The notes under the pieces were generated by a model. It did not search any database and was not told where the DNA came from. It saw only the letters and a list, made by a program, of their open reading frames with translations. Source: Candidatus Hermodarchaeota archaeon (lineage in GTDB: Archaea; Asgardarchaeota; Hermodarchaeia; Hermodarchaeales; Hermodarchaeaceae). Taken from it: a stretch of 64,000 nt of DNA. Position numbers and translations under genes: made by a program. Numbering within the stretch: position 1 is the stretch's first letter; every line of letters starts with the position of its first letter. Location: NCBI GenBank assembly GCA_016839805.1, contig JAEOTO010000032.1, forward strand, positions 96,001-160,000, written 5' to 3'. Shown in pieces: positions 27,801 through 37,137 of this stretch.

Positions 27801-28804
27801 TACAAGTGTCTGGCTACTAGCTGGGTTAACTCGACAAGTCTTTGGCTAAAACCTGCCTCATTGTCATACCAGGATACAATATGCGCGAAATTATCATTGA
27901 GGATTTCAGTGAGTTCGCTGTCAAAGATGGATGAGTGGGTATTTCCAATTATATCTGTGGAGACAAGGGGATCTTCGTTATATTGGAGTATGCCTTTAAG
28001 ATGAGATTCTGCGGCTTTTCGGAAGACTTGGTTGAGTTCATTCTTTGTGGTCGTTTTGTCGAGTTCGACGCTAAGATCAATAATTGATCCGTCTGGTACA
28101 GGTACACGGTAAGCCATGGCAGCAAGTTTGTCCTTGAGCTGTGGGAATAAGCGAATGATGGCTTTACCTGCTCCAGTTGTAGTAGGGATAATATTGATAG
28201 CTGCAGCGCGGGCACGACGGTAGTCCTTATGAACAGCGTCGAGCATGCGTTGATCGAGGGTATAACCGTGAATGGTTGACATGAATCCGCGTTTAATTCC
28301 ATAGTTGTCCATGAGGACTTTAATCACGGGGGCAAAACAGTTTGTGGTACATGAGGCATTAGAGATAATGTGGTGGCTGTCAGGATCATAGGTGTTGTCA
28401 TTAACTCCAAGGACAAACATGGCATCTTCACCACGTCCAGGTGCTGAGATGATGACTTTTTGTGCACCTGCCTTCTGGTGCAAAGCGGCTTTGTCACGAT
28501 CTCGAAAGACACCAGTGGCTTCGATGGCAATGGCGACATCCAGTTTCTTCCAGGGGAGTTGAGAAGGATCTCGTTCTTGGAATATTTGTATTGAATGGTT
28601 ATCGATTATGATTTCATCCTTTGTAACCTTAATATTTCCAGGGTATTGCCCATAGATTGAATCGTAACGCAAAAGGTGTGCAAGAATTTGGGGGTCACCT
28701 AAATCGTTTGCTGCAACGATATCTAAGTCTTTGATTTTCAAAGCGCTACGGAGGAAGTTTCGACCGATTCGGCCAAGTCCGTTGATAGCTACTTTTACAG
28801 CCAT
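27800..28804 (-). CDS. gap: Class I (bacterial/eukaryotic-type) glyceraldehyde-3-phosphate dehydrogenase
   Basis: INGLGRIGR, IISAP, NASCTTNC, RARAAA.NIIPTTTGAG, WYDNE. Confidence 0.93.
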   Translation of the reverse strand: MAVKVAINGLGRIGRNFLRSALKIKDLDIVAANDLGDPQILAHLLRYDSIYGQYPGNIKVTKDEIIIDNHSIQIFQERDPSQLPWKKLDVAIAIEATGVFRDRDKAALHQKAGAQKVIISAPGRGEDAMFVLGVNDNTYDPDSHHIISNASCTTNCFAPVIKVLMDNYGIKRGFMSTIHGYTLDQRMLDAVHKDYRRARAAAINIIPTTTGAGKAIIRLFPQLKDKLAAMAYRVPVPDGSIIDLSVELDKTTTKNELNQVFRKAAESHLKGILQYNEDPLVSTDIIGNTHSSIFDSELTEILNDNFAHIVSWYDNEAGFSQRLVELTQLVARHL

Positions 28805-28913
28805 AAAGTATTCCTCCAGGGGAGTGACGATTCAATATTTTATGGCTATAAGTGTTTCCCGTATTTTTCATGTCTGAATTCTCGGTAATTTTGACAGTTT
28901 ATCGAAGAGAGAA

Positions 28914-29261
28914 TTAAATTTGTTCAATAATACTCATAGGAAGAGTCTCACGGGCAAGAAGATAAACAAGTGAGAGGAGAAAAAGATCGAAGTCAGCAAG
29001 ACCTTCGATATTTGCCCAGGGTTTTGACTCTAATGTGACACATAAAATTTTAGGTTCTTTTTCTTCTTGTAGTGCAGAAACATGGCCCATCTTTAAGTCG
29101 ACTTCGAAGGTTGCTTCTTTTCGTTCAATGAGTAATCGATTCCCACGAATTGTGAAGCCTGCGTCTTTGAGAATTTGTTTGAGTCGTTCGAGATTACGAC
29201 TTTGAGTGGGTTTCGGTTTTCCTGTCACTTGGAGGTCTCGTTTTCGTCGGAGATCGTGCAT
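28914..29261 (-). CDS. Hypothetical protein
   Basis: 115-aa ORF co-oriented with its neighbours; no recognised motif. Confidence 0.55.
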   Translation of the reverse strand: MHDLRRKRDLQVTGKPKPTQSRNLERLKQILKDAGFTIRGNRLLIERKEATFEVDLKMGHVSALQEEKEPKILCVTLESKPWANIEGLADFDLFLLSLVYLLARETLPMSIIEQI

Positions 29262-29416
29262 CCATTGTTCACTTTCAGCTTCATTAGTGTGATTTGGTTT
29301 CGAAGACCGTTTATTAGAACGAGAAGGAGGATTGATAGAGATTCACACTCCAAGATGAAAGTCGATTCATTGGATAATTGGGAGCTTGGTGGAATAGATT
29401 TGCCTAACGAGAATTC

Positions 29417-29788
29417 TTACATGAATCCTCCGATATTTGCTGATGCCTTGGCGATTTCCACGTATGCGCCTTGAACATCACCCTGAGGAGAAACGTAGGC
29501 AATGACATATCCTTTGTCTCGTGCAGCAGTAATAACGATTGAACCTTGACCGCGGACATTTGTTGCTACGAGATGATGGTCTGTTGCTTGGATTGTACTG
29601 TATTTGACTCCCTGAATGGTAATACTTGGAGGCTTACTTTGAACGGCTGAAAGGATTTCCGGACCTGCGACTGTCCAATTTGGAGTAGTGAAAAGCACAG
29701 TTCCATCAATTCTAATGACTGAGACGGCCATAATTGTATTATCGACCTGCTGCATGTAGTTGATCCAGGCTTGAATATTATCCGACAT
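29417..29788 (-). CDS. Profilin
   Basis: 123 aa. IQAWINY N-terminal helix, VIRIDGTV...T.NW, SITIQGVKYS, LVATN..GQGSIV match the Asgard/eukaryotic profilin pattern. GAGG SD-like sequence upstream of ATG 29788. Confidence 0.85.
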   Translation of the reverse strand: MSDNIQAWINYMQQVDNTIMAVSVIRIDGTVLFTTPNWTVAGPEILSAVQSKPPSITIQGVKYSTIQATDHHLVATNVRGQGSIVITAARDKGYVIAYVSPQGDVQGAYVEIAKASANIGGFM

Positions 29789-29874
29789 GTTATGCCAACA
29801 CCTCTCACTGCAGGAGCGTAATTGATTTATTAAGACATTTTTGATATCGATAATAAAGGTTCTGGCGGAATGCC

Positions 29875-30156
29875 ATGATACAGCCACATGATAAGGGAAC
29901 CTTACTCTTCATTCGAGTAAAGCCACGATCAAAAAGACAAGCCATTAAATTTGATGAGGAAACTATCTGTCAAGTTCACGTCAAGGCACCGCCAATACAT
30001 GGCCGTGCTAATGCCGAAGTTAGAACTTTAGTAGCAAAATACCTTGAGATTTCACCAACAAAAGTGAAAATCGTATCCGGAAAAAAGGCTGAAAATAAGA
30101 CTCTACTCATTGAGGGAATAACTCCAGCAGCGGTTCGTGCCGCTTTAACCAGGTAA
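29875..30156 (+). CDS. DUF167 / UPF0235 (YggU-like) protein
   Basis: VKPRSK, VKAPP..GRAN, IVSG.K...K. Confidence 0.9.
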   Translation: MIQPHDKGTLLFIRVKPRSKRQAIKFDEETICQVHVKAPPIHGRANAEVRTLVAKYLEISPTKVKIVSGKKAENKTLLIEGITPAAVRAALTR

Positions 30157-30159
30157 CTA

Positions 30160-31935
30160 TTATTTTCCGACCTTTTTTTGCGCTTCATAAGCTGTGATTA
30201 TCTCGCTTACCGAGGTAGCTTCCTCTGGCGATTTGTCATATCGCCATGTGCCATCAAAGCGTGGAAATCGGATTGCTAATCCCTCATTTGGTGCCACTTG
30301 ATTAAATGCACAAGTATGCACCGGACTACGAGTAATTTCATCACCTACTACTTGAAATACTAGCACAGGATGAAACCACACATCCGCTTTCATCTTCGAA
30401 TCTACCAAGGGATCCTTTTTGGTCAATAGGTGTTCTTGGAATCTTTCCGGAAGCTGTTCAAGTTCCTCGTCGCTAAATCCAGTACCGACTTTACATACTG
30501 TTTTGAATACACCACTTTCTTCATCACGAACCGCGGCAAGAAGTGCGCCATAGGTTTTTGCCCGTCGCCCCCGACCCCAGAATGCCCCTACAACAACGAG
30601 GTCTACAGGACCAATAGCCTGTGCCTGATAAGATTCTTTCAGTTTCACCCAAAGCCAACTTCGTGCCCCTGCCCGGTATATGGAATCAGAGCTTGTTGAT
30701 TTGATAATAAGGCCTTCACTCCCATGGTCCAGTGCAGTTCGGAACATATCTTCAATTTCACTAGTCGAAAAGAGTTCTTTTGCAGGAACCATGCGCGCAT
30801 AATAACTTGTTTTAACAATATCCTTGAGGAATTTACGACGTTCTAAATACGAATTTCGAGTTAAATCAGTACCATTAGCGTAAAGACAGTCAAAGAAGAA
30901 AAGCGCTACCGGAATCTCTTTTACCATTTCATTAATTTTGTATTTTCGTCGCCGGCGCATTAGTACTTGAAATGGTAACAATTGTTTTGGATTATTTTTA
31001 TCAACGGCTACTGCTTCCCCTTCTACTATACACGTTTTTGCGTTCAGATGCTTTTGAGCAATATGAATAACGTCGGGGTACATTGATGAGATTTCCTCGA
31101 GGCGACGTGAAAAAATCGTAATATCATTTCCATCTTTATGGATTTGCATTCGTTCGCCATCAAGTTTCCATTCGCCTGAAAGTTTCCCTTCAAGTTTTTC
31201 TACAATTTCTTTAGGTGTCGATAATTTTTGAGCCGCCATCATCCGTATAGGTTTACCCAGACTTACTTCGACCAGCTCAACAGCTTGGAGCCCTTCAAAA
31301 GCAATTAGACCAGCAACGTATCCTAAATCACTAGTAAGATTATAAGCCCGTTCAATCTTCTCCCGATGTTCCTTCCCACCAGCGAATGCAACGGCAAGTG
31401 CGTCAAGTACTGTCATCTCAGCAACCCCCAACCTCAATGCCCCTGTTACTGTTCGAAGCAGATATCGCACTTCCAAGGGAACTGCGGCGTTGATTAGACC
31501 TGCTAAGGTTCGAATCTTGAAATCGGCACTCCCTGTTCCTTGAGCCGCTGCAATTTTAACTAAGGAACTGTAGACTTGTTGAATGTCGAGTGGGGCCTGG
31601 AATAGGGCTGCTTGGCGTTTTTCTTTAAGTAATTGCTCACATGCAGTACCGATGTCCCCTGTTGTGTTGACAACTTCAGTGACTTGTTGATTCTTGATGC
31701 CCAGGGCAATGGCTATTGCGTTGATAGCCATTTTCTCAGCGATACCGATTTCGGGTTTACCAGTCCAATCAGGATAGAGTTTTCCTTGTGTAAGATAAAC
31801 GACCTGACTGATCGTTTCGGCGTTAGTAACTTGAGCTAGTTTTGTAAATAGTTCAACCAAGATGTCTATCATTTCTAATCGTTTTGCCGTAGTTTCCAAT
31901 TGGTTGTAAAATTTGGAAAGTTCACGATACTGCAT
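30160..31935 (-). CDS. lig: ATP-dependent DNA ligase
   Basis: EWKLDGER, EGEAV, EGLIIK, WVKLK, DLVVVG..GRGRR, IRFPRF. Confidence 0.96.
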   Translation of the reverse strand: MQYRELSKFYNQLETTAKRLEMIDILVELFTKLAQVTNAETISQVVYLTQGKLYPDWTGKPEIGIAEKMAINAIAIALGIKNQQVTEVVNTTGDIGTACEQLLKEKRQAALFQAPLDIQQVYSSLVKIAAAQGTGSADFKIRTLAGLINAAVPLEVRYLLRTVTGALRLGVAEMTVLDALAVAFAGGKEHREKIERAYNLTSDLGYVAGLIAFEGLQAVELVEVSLGKPIRMMAAQKLSTPKEIVEKLEGKLSGEWKLDGERMQIHKDGNDITIFSRRLEEISSMYPDVIHIAQKHLNAKTCIVEGEAVAVDKNNPKQLLPFQVLMRRRRKYKINEMVKEIPVALFFFDCLYANGTDLTRNSYLERRKFLKDIVKTSYYARMVPAKELFSTSEIEDMFRTALDHGSEGLIIKSTSSDSIYRAGARSWLWVKLKESYQAQAIGPVDLVVVGAFWGRGRRAKTYGALLAAVRDEESGVFKTVCKVGTGFSDEELEQLPERFQEHLLTKKDPLVDSKMKADVWFHPVLVFQVVGDEITRSPVHTCAFNQVAPNEGLAIRFPRFDGTWRYDKSPEEATSVSEIITAYEAQKKVGK

Positions 31936-32066
31936 ATCTAATCGCCGATAATCAAAGGGGATTAGTAGACAAAAGGATACCTTTTGATTAAATAAGTACC
32001 AGCGGAAGTCTTTTGCCTCAGTGAATCCCTTTTCAGAGAAAGAAGTATCTTACGTCGTTTGTTGGT

Positions 32067-33188
32067 ATGAATCGTTGTGAAATTTGCCATCAAAAAATTG
32101 GTCTAGCAGAAGCTCTGCCAATCTGTGTCGAGTGTCTCAAAAAAGCCACAGAAGAATCTGAACGAATAGTTCAGGCTGCTCATAAATGGCGCCATTACTT
32201 GTTTGAATTACCTGAGGATGTTCCGCGCGCAGCCAATGGTGTGAAGTGTAGAATTTGTGCAAATGAATGCGTTATCCCTCCCAATGGCCTTGGTTATTGT
32301 GGATTACGAAAGAATGTTGCAGGGCATCTAGAAGGAAAGGTCACCGCGACACGGGCTTTAATGCATTATTACTTCGACCCCCATGTAACCAATTGTTGTG
32401 GATCTTATTTTTGTCCAGGCGGAACCGGCGTTGGATATCCCCAATGGGCTAAGAAGCCAAGAGCCGAATATGGTTATTCAAATCTCGCTGTCTTTTTCTA
32501 TGGATGTAGTTTGGATTGTCTTTTCTGTCAAAATGCGTCTCACAAGCAAATTTCCCAGGGAACATCAATAGAGCTTGAAGCCTTTCTGAAAGTCATTGAA
32601 CAAAATCTGAAAATTACCTGTGTTTGCTATTTTGGAGGATCACCTGAACCTCAACTGCCCTTTACATTACGGGTAATGGATGCATGTAAAACTCAGTTCA
32701 AAGACCGTTTATTACGTCAGTGTCTTGAGATGAATGGCCATGGAAACCCCAAATTGATGAAGAAAATTGGAAAATGTGTCGAAGAAACGGGTGGAATAAT
32801 TAAATTTGATCTCAAAGCGTTCTCGGATTCAGTTTACCGGGCACTTTGTGGTGTTTCGAAAAAGCCTAGCTTTGAGAATTTTAAGATGTTAGCTGATACC
32901 CTCTCCTTTGATGAAAGGGGCTATCCTCCATTAATGGCAACCACGTTGCTGGTGCCACATTATGTTGATGAACATGAAGTCGCACAAATTGCTCGATTTA
33001 TTAAAGAACTTAACCAGCCATCAATTGAATACAGTCTATTGATTTTTCATCCACGTCATTTAATGAGTGATTTACCTGTTACCCCATTAGAACAAGCACA
33101 ACGCTGCTATGATGCAGCAAAACAAGAACTTGGTAAGCGACCGCATATCGGGAATATCAATTTATTGTCTGGTCGGCTTCACCTCTAG
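32067..33188 (+). CDS. Radical SAM protein (PFL-activase / AmmeMemoRadiSam-like)
   Basis: CSLDCLFCQN; N-terminal CRICANEC...GYCGLR; KFDLKA. Confidence 0.85.
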   Translation: MNRCEICHQKIGLAEALPICVECLKKATEESERIVQAAHKWRHYLFELPEDVPRAANGVKCRICANECVIPPNGLGYCGLRKNVAGHLEGKVTATRALMHYYFDPHVTNCCGSYFCPGGTGVGYPQWAKKPRAEYGYSNLAVFFYGCSLDCLFCQNASHKQISQGTSIELEAFLKVIEQNLKITCVCYFGGSPEPQLPFTLRVMDACKTQFKDRLLRQCLEMNGHGNPKLMKKIGKCVEETGGIIKFDLKAFSDSVYRALCGVSKKPSFENFKMLADTLSFDERGYPPLMATTLLVPHYVDEHEVAQIARFIKELNQPSIEYSLLIFHPRHLMSDLPVTPLEQAQRCYDAAKQELGKRPHIGNINLLSGRLHL

Positions 33189-33200
33189 GTTACGGAGCAG

Positions 33201-33214
33201 CGAAATTCTTATAT
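33201..33214 (+). promoter_or_regulatory. BRE/TATA promoter candidate for the thermosome gene
   Basis: CGAAATTCTTATAT about 55 nt upstream of ATG 33269; GGTGA SD at 33255-33259. Confidence 0.5.
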
Positions 33215-33268
33215 GTCAGTGAAAGGTGCAACAGCACCAATATTACTCAAAGAAGGTGACACACCAAT

Positions 33269-34894
33269 ATGTCACTTAGCGGTACTCCAATATTACTATT
33301 AAAAGAAGGTTCAAAACGTGAACGGGGCCGAGATGCCCAACGAAATAACATTATGGCAGCGGTCGCGATTGCAGAAGCTATTAGAACAGCACTCGGACCG
33401 AAAGGTCAAGATAAGATGCTTGTTGACAGCTTCGGTGATGTTACAATTACGAATGATGGAGCTACGATTCTAAAGGAAATCGACGTAGAACATCCTGCTG
33501 CAAAGATGATTGTTGAAGTAGCTAAGACCCAAGATGATGAAGTGGGTGACGGAACTACTTCAGCAGTTGTTCTGGCAGGTGAGCTCCTTAAACAGGCTGA
33601 AATGCTGATTGACCAAAAGATACACCCAACAGTGATTGTAGAGGGTTATCGCAAAGCAACTGAGAAAGGGCTCGATCTGCTAGATTCAATTGCTATAGAA
33701 GATTCCAGCATTGCGATGCTCAAGAAAGTTGCAATGACTTCTATGCAATCAAAGGTTGTATCAGAATTTCGTAAAGTGTTAGCTGATTTAGGCGTTAAAG
33801 CCATTCAACGTATCACTGATACTGTCGATGGTGAAAAGCAAGCCGATCTTGATAATGTGAAAGTGGAAAAGAAACCGGGTGGAACAATCCAGGACACAAT
33901 ATTTATCGAAGGCATCGTTCTTGACAAGGAAATTGTCCATCCAGGAATGGCAAAATCACTTGAGAACCCGAAGATCGCTCTCATCCAAAGCGCCTTTGAA
34001 GTCGAGAAAACTGAATTCACTGCTAAAATTGACATTCGCGAGGTTACTCAGATGCAGGCTTTTCTCGACGAAGAGGAGCGAATGCTTCGAGAAATGGTCG
34101 AAAAGGTCAATAAAACTGGTGCAAATGTCGTTCTTTGCCAAAAAGGAATTGATGACGTAGCACAACATTTCATGGCTCAAGAAGGTATTATTGCTGTTCG
34201 CAGAATCAAGGAAAGCGATATGGAAAAGCTAGCAAGAGCTACTGGCGGAAAACTCATCTCAAATCTTGATGATTTAACCAAGAAGGACTTGGGTACTGCT
34301 CAATCGATTGAAGAACGAAAGATAACAGATGACAAAATGGTCTTTATCGAGGGCTGTAAAAATCCCAAAGCCGTTAGCATTCTTCTTCGAGGCAGCACAG
34401 ATCTCGTCGTTGATGAAGCAGAGAGAGCTTTACATGACGCCCTCTGTGTTATCCGAAACGTCGTAGAAGATGGCCGAGTTGTTTCAGGTGGCGGAGCTCC
34501 AGAAATTCATGTCGCAGTGCATCTACAAGATTATGCTGAAAGTCTACCTGGACGTGAACAATTAGCCGTTCTCGCATTCGCAGAGGCAATGGAAATCATT
34601 CCGAAAACTCTAGCTGAGAATGCGGGTCTAGACTCCATTGATATTATTGCTGAACTTAAGACTCGACATGAGAAAAAAGAAGTTAGCGCTGGTATCGATG
34701 GAATCAAAGGCAAAGTTGGAGACCTTGCAAAAGGAAATGTCTGGGAGCCTTTAGTTGTTAAACGCCAGGCTATTAAGTCAGCAAGCGAAGTGTCTCAAAT
34801 GCTCCTGCGTATTGATGATGTCATCGCTTCCAAAGGCATGGATGCTGGTGGTCCACCTGGTGGTATGCCAGGTGGCGAAGACTTCGAAGACTAA
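33269..34894 (+). CDS. ths: Thermosome (group II chaperonin) subunit
   Basis: [32 protein letters not shown]-type tail. Confidence 0.97.
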   Translation: MSLSGTPILLLKEGSKRERGRDAQRNNIMAAVAIAEAIRTALGPKGQDKMLVDSFGDVTITNDGATILKEIDVEHPAAKMIVEVAKTQDDEVGDGTTSAVVLAGELLKQAEMLIDQKIHPTVIVEGYRKATEKGLDLLDSIAIEDSSIAMLKKVAMTSMQSKVVSEFRKVLADLGVKAIQRITDTVDGEKQADLDNVKVEKKPGGTIQDTIFIEGIVLDKEIVHPGMAKSLENPKIALIQSAFEVEKTEFTAKIDIREVTQMQAFLDEEERMLREMVEKVNKTGANVVLCQKGIDDVAQHFMAQEGIIAVRRIKESDMEKLARATGGKLISNLDDLTKKDLGTAQSIEERKITDDKMVFIEGCKNPKAVSILLRGSTDLVVDEAERALHDALCVIRNVVEDGRVVSGGGAPEIHVAVHLQDYAESLPGREQLAVLAFAEAMEIIPKTLAENAGLDSIDIIAELKTRHEKKEVSAGIDGIKGKVGDLAKGNVWEPLVVKRQAIKSASEVSQMLLRIDDVIASKGMDAGGPPGGMPGGEDFED

Positions 34895-34922
34895 CCAATT
34901 AACTAACCAAGAGGCGGAAGAT

Positions 34923-35171
34923 GTGCCAAAAAAGGGACCCAAAATTGGTCCTAAACGAATGACTCGATATGAAAAGTCCCGAGTAGTGGGAGCCCGCGCC
35001 CTTCAGATTTCTATGGGCGCACCCATTCTCACACGTATCGATGCCAATCTTCATGATCCGATTCGGATTGCAGAGCTAGAATTGCTTAAGCGAGTCCTTC
35101 CCATAACAATTCGTCGCAAGTTACCTTCTGGTGCTTTTGAAGACGTAGCGTTAGTTGATCTCCTCGATTAA
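34923..35171 (+). CDS. rpoK: RNA polymerase subunit K (Rpo6/Rpb6)
   Basis: MTRYEKSRVVGARALQISMGAP, LPITIRRKLP; GTG start at 34923. Confidence 0.94.
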   Translation: MPKKGPKIGPKRMTRYEKSRVVGARALQISMGAPILTRIDANLHDPIRIAELELLKRVLPITIRRKLPSGAFEDVALVDLLD

Positions 35172-35202
35172 CACTCTCCGTCTGCCTTTCTTTATTTTAT
35201 AG

Positions 35203-35241
35203 TTCAATATTCTAGGTATCTTTCTGACCTAGTATATTGAA
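35203..35241. repeat. Inverted repeat (terminator or operator)
   Basis: TTCAATAT-T-CTAGGT-N9-ACCTAG-T-ATATTGAA. Confidence 0.6.
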
Positions 35242-35363
35242 ATCATAGAAGGGGACACAAGGCTGTTAAGTTGTGAAATTAAATCATCGAAACGCTTTTT
35301 GCGTTCTTTATAGAAGCATTAAGCTACAAATTAGTAGGTGCCTTTTTTGTTGGGTGTATCTAA

Positions 35364-36950
35364 ATGAAGCGGTTTCTAACGTTTGACGAACTCAAATCAA
35401 TGAAATATGAAGAAATCCAAGCTATACAAGACCGGAAATTCCAGGCTTTTATACGCTATCAGGTTTATCCAAACCATCCCTTCTATCGACGATTATTTAA
35501 GGAATATAATGTTGATCCGTTCGATCTTCACAAGCCCACTGATTGGGCTAAATATGGGCTTCCCCTTATCAAGAAAGCTGATTACAAGAATAATCTCCGT
35601 GAATTTGTATTAAATCCCCAACAAGTAGAAGGAAAAGACCGCGCCCCAGCAGAAATTATCGGGAACCTGCTTGACTACTACAAGGAAGTTGGTTATAAAA
35701 AAGATCGAAGCTACGTGTTTCGTCGTGGACTCAAAGTCAAACTTCGAATTGGAAAAGATAAAGCAACACAGGAACTTCTAGACCATATTAAATACCAATA
35801 TTCTCCACGATTCTTTTGGTTCTCCTCTGGTCGAGCCTCCGGACTCCCCTCGCCGGTATTCCTAACCCATTACGACAATGAACTCATGCTTAACAACATG
35901 GCAAAATCCGGAAAAATGGCCATCGATCCCTTTGTCAAAGATGGTTTTGAACTCCGCGCCATGAATCTCTTTCCCTCTGCACCTCACTTAGGCTTTTTTG
36001 GCGTTGATGGTGGGTTGCTAAAAATGGCAGATTTTATTGTACGATCAACAGCAGGCGGAGCCATCACGACCGATAAGTTAGTACAGCTAGCTGAATTATT
36101 CAAGGTGACGGGATTTGCTGCGATGCCTGGTTATTTACGGAATATATTCTGTCAAGAGTTACTAAAACAAAAACCCAAACTAGAACCTCGTGGAATTATA
36201 TTGTTAGCTGGTGAACGGATTTACGATGCAGTGATTGACGATATAAAAGAATATTTTGCCAAGGTAGGAATGACAGAAACACGGGTTATCGGCGGTTGGG
36301 CAGCAAGCGAAACTAAGATTGGAGTAGCTTGTCAGTGTCAGGAGAAAGGAGGATATCATAATCTTTCTCCTCTTGCTTTTGCAATACGCTTCGTGAAGTT
36401 CACAGATGATGCAGGTAATTATGAATTTACAAGTCCAGAGGAAGGGGGATACATTACTATCTTTCATGTCGATGGTCGTTCGTCCATGTTTGAAGGATAT
36501 CTAATGGGTGATCACGTTGACAAAGTCACCACTGGGAAATGCCCCCATTGCGGACTGGAAATGCCCTGTTTCTCCAATATTTCTCGGGAATCAGAAATCA
36601 GTGCCCAAATGCAGGTAATGGGTATTGCTGAAGAGAAAATCAAGGGTGCAACAGTAAATCTAACTGCATTGCGTGAATCCTTACTTGCAATGAATGACAT
36701 CCATGAAGTACAGATTGTTGTTAGTAAATCTAAACCAGATGATCCATATTCTATGGATGTTCTATCGTTAAATGTAGTATTGAAGGCTGGAACGAGCCAA
36801 ACTACAAACCAAAAAGTGATTCAAAAATTGACCAAGACTGAAACCGAGATTACACCAGTAATCCATTTCATGGATTTAGATACACTCCTAGAACAGGCTG
36901 GCGGTTTGAAATTTCAGGAAATTGTTGATTCCAGAATCAAACCTGCTTAA
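35364..36950 (+). CDS. Phenylacetate--CoA ligase-like adenylate-forming protein (divergent)
   Basis: PFYRRLF, LPLIKK, SSG.SG.P loop, AGE, WAASE, GD.V.....CPHCG, KIKGATV. Confidence 0.75.
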   Translation: MKRFLTFDELKSMKYEEIQAIQDRKFQAFIRYQVYPNHPFYRRLFKEYNVDPFDLHKPTDWAKYGLPLIKKADYKNNLREFVLNPQQVEGKDRAPAEIIGNLLDYYKEVGYKKDRSYVFRRGLKVKLRIGKDKATQELLDHIKYQYSPRFFWFSSGRASGLPSPVFLTHYDNELMLNNMAKSGKMAIDPFVKDGFELRAMNLFPSAPHLGFFGVDGGLLKMADFIVRSTAGGAITTDKLVQLAELFKVTGFAAMPGYLRNIFCQELLKQKPKLEPRGIILLAGERIYDAVIDDIKEYFAKVGMTETRVIGGWAASETKIGVACQCQEKGGYHNLSPLAFAIRFVKFTDDAGNYEFTSPEEGGYITIFHVDGRSSMFEGYLMGDHVDKVTTGKCPHCGLEMPCFSNISRESEISAQMQVMGIAEEKIKGATVNLTALRESLLAMNDIHEVQIVVSKSKPDDPYSMDVLSLNVVLKAGTSQTTNQKVIQKLTKTETEITPVIHFMDLDTLLEQAGGLKFQEIVDSRIKPA

Positions 36951-36963
36951 TTACAAAAGAGAG

Positions 36964-37060
36964 TGGAGCCTCGAGCGGGGATTGAACCCGCGACCAGCAG
37001 CTTACTCGGCATTTTCATTCTGCATACGAGGCTGTCGCTCTACCACTGAGCTATCGAGGC
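36964..37060 (-). tRNA. tRNA-Thr(CGU) with a 22-nt canonical 37/38 intron (37003-37024)
   Basis: GCCTCGA/TCGAGGC acceptor stem, U discriminator, CCA; CT-CGT-A^A loop; BHB with CTCG/CGAG helix. Confidence 0.93.
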
Positions 37061-37137
37061 ACAGTAAAGAGGTTGAATATGGGTACCCAAAAAAGATTTC
37101 GTCATCATATAAGGTAGTAGTATGGAAGTGATTAGTT

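Noticed and set aside
29789-29887. N-terminal extension of profilin in the ORF track
   Set aside because: Overlaps the divergent DUF167 start and the promoter region; the SD-like sequence supports ATG 29788.
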